A DNA stretch of 64,000 nt from Paraspadella gotoi (taxonomy: Eukaryota > Animalia > Chaetognatha): NCBI GenBank assembly GCA_051294375.1, contig CM119264.1, positions 19,661,590 to 19,725,589 of the forward strand, in the 5' to 3' direction. The position numbers and the translations under genes are program-made. Of the stretch, positions 1 through 64,000 are shown one piece after another. The notes under the pieces are model-generated. The model did no database searches. It saw nothing but the letters and a program-made list of their open reading frames with translations, and had not been told where the DNA came from. Each line of letters begins with the position of its first letter. Position 1 is the first letter of the stretch.

Positions 1-5
1 TGTAG

Positions 6-63784
<63,779 letters not shown>

Positions 63785-64000
63785 GTTCGTAACAAAGCTA
63801 AAAACTTGTAATCCTTTCCTGTTGAATTTAACGCAAGTGGAACACAAAACCCCTACTGTAAATAAGAAAAAATCGTTTTTATTTATTTTTATAAGGATGT
63901 AATTACATAAAAATACTTTATAATAATACTAGTGTTATTCCTTATAATCCTAATACTCAGACTCCAGCGATTATTTTTATAATATCTATTTTTATTATTA

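Overview
AT-rich animal (invertebrate-like) genomic DNA. The whole window lies inside one + strand, intron-rich gene that runs off both ends and encodes a giant tandem immunoglobulin I-set protein of titin/obscurin/UNC-89 type. I reconstructed by hand 29 GT-AG exons whose phases chain in frame (about 12.4 kb, about 4,140 aa, about 41 Ig domains, one DFRxxL-like motif, one IQ motif; no Fn3 or kinase domain in the window). The introns are full of mobile DNA: a truncated Penelope-like retroelement (RT C-terminus plus GIY-YIG), many non-autonomous Penelope-type insertions with minimal type I hammerhead ribozymes in a TSD / inverted arms / ~35-nt tail layout, Helentron-associated (DINE-1/HINE-like) repeats, Tc1/mariner and hAT MITEs, foldback elements, tRNA-derived elements and microsatellites. 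Main observations: (1) every hammerhead on the host gene's sense strand is damaged while several antisense copies are intact; (2) a 7.7-kb TSD-flanked, hammerhead-bounded insertion holds about 7 kb of non-Penelope cargo, including a decayed ubiquitin-like ORF; (3) a structured tRNA-like element has a constant 5-bp TSD; (4) a candidate HDV-like ribozyme in an intron; (5) hAT MITEs inserted at TGATCA. All calls are by eye; no searches or folding programs were run.
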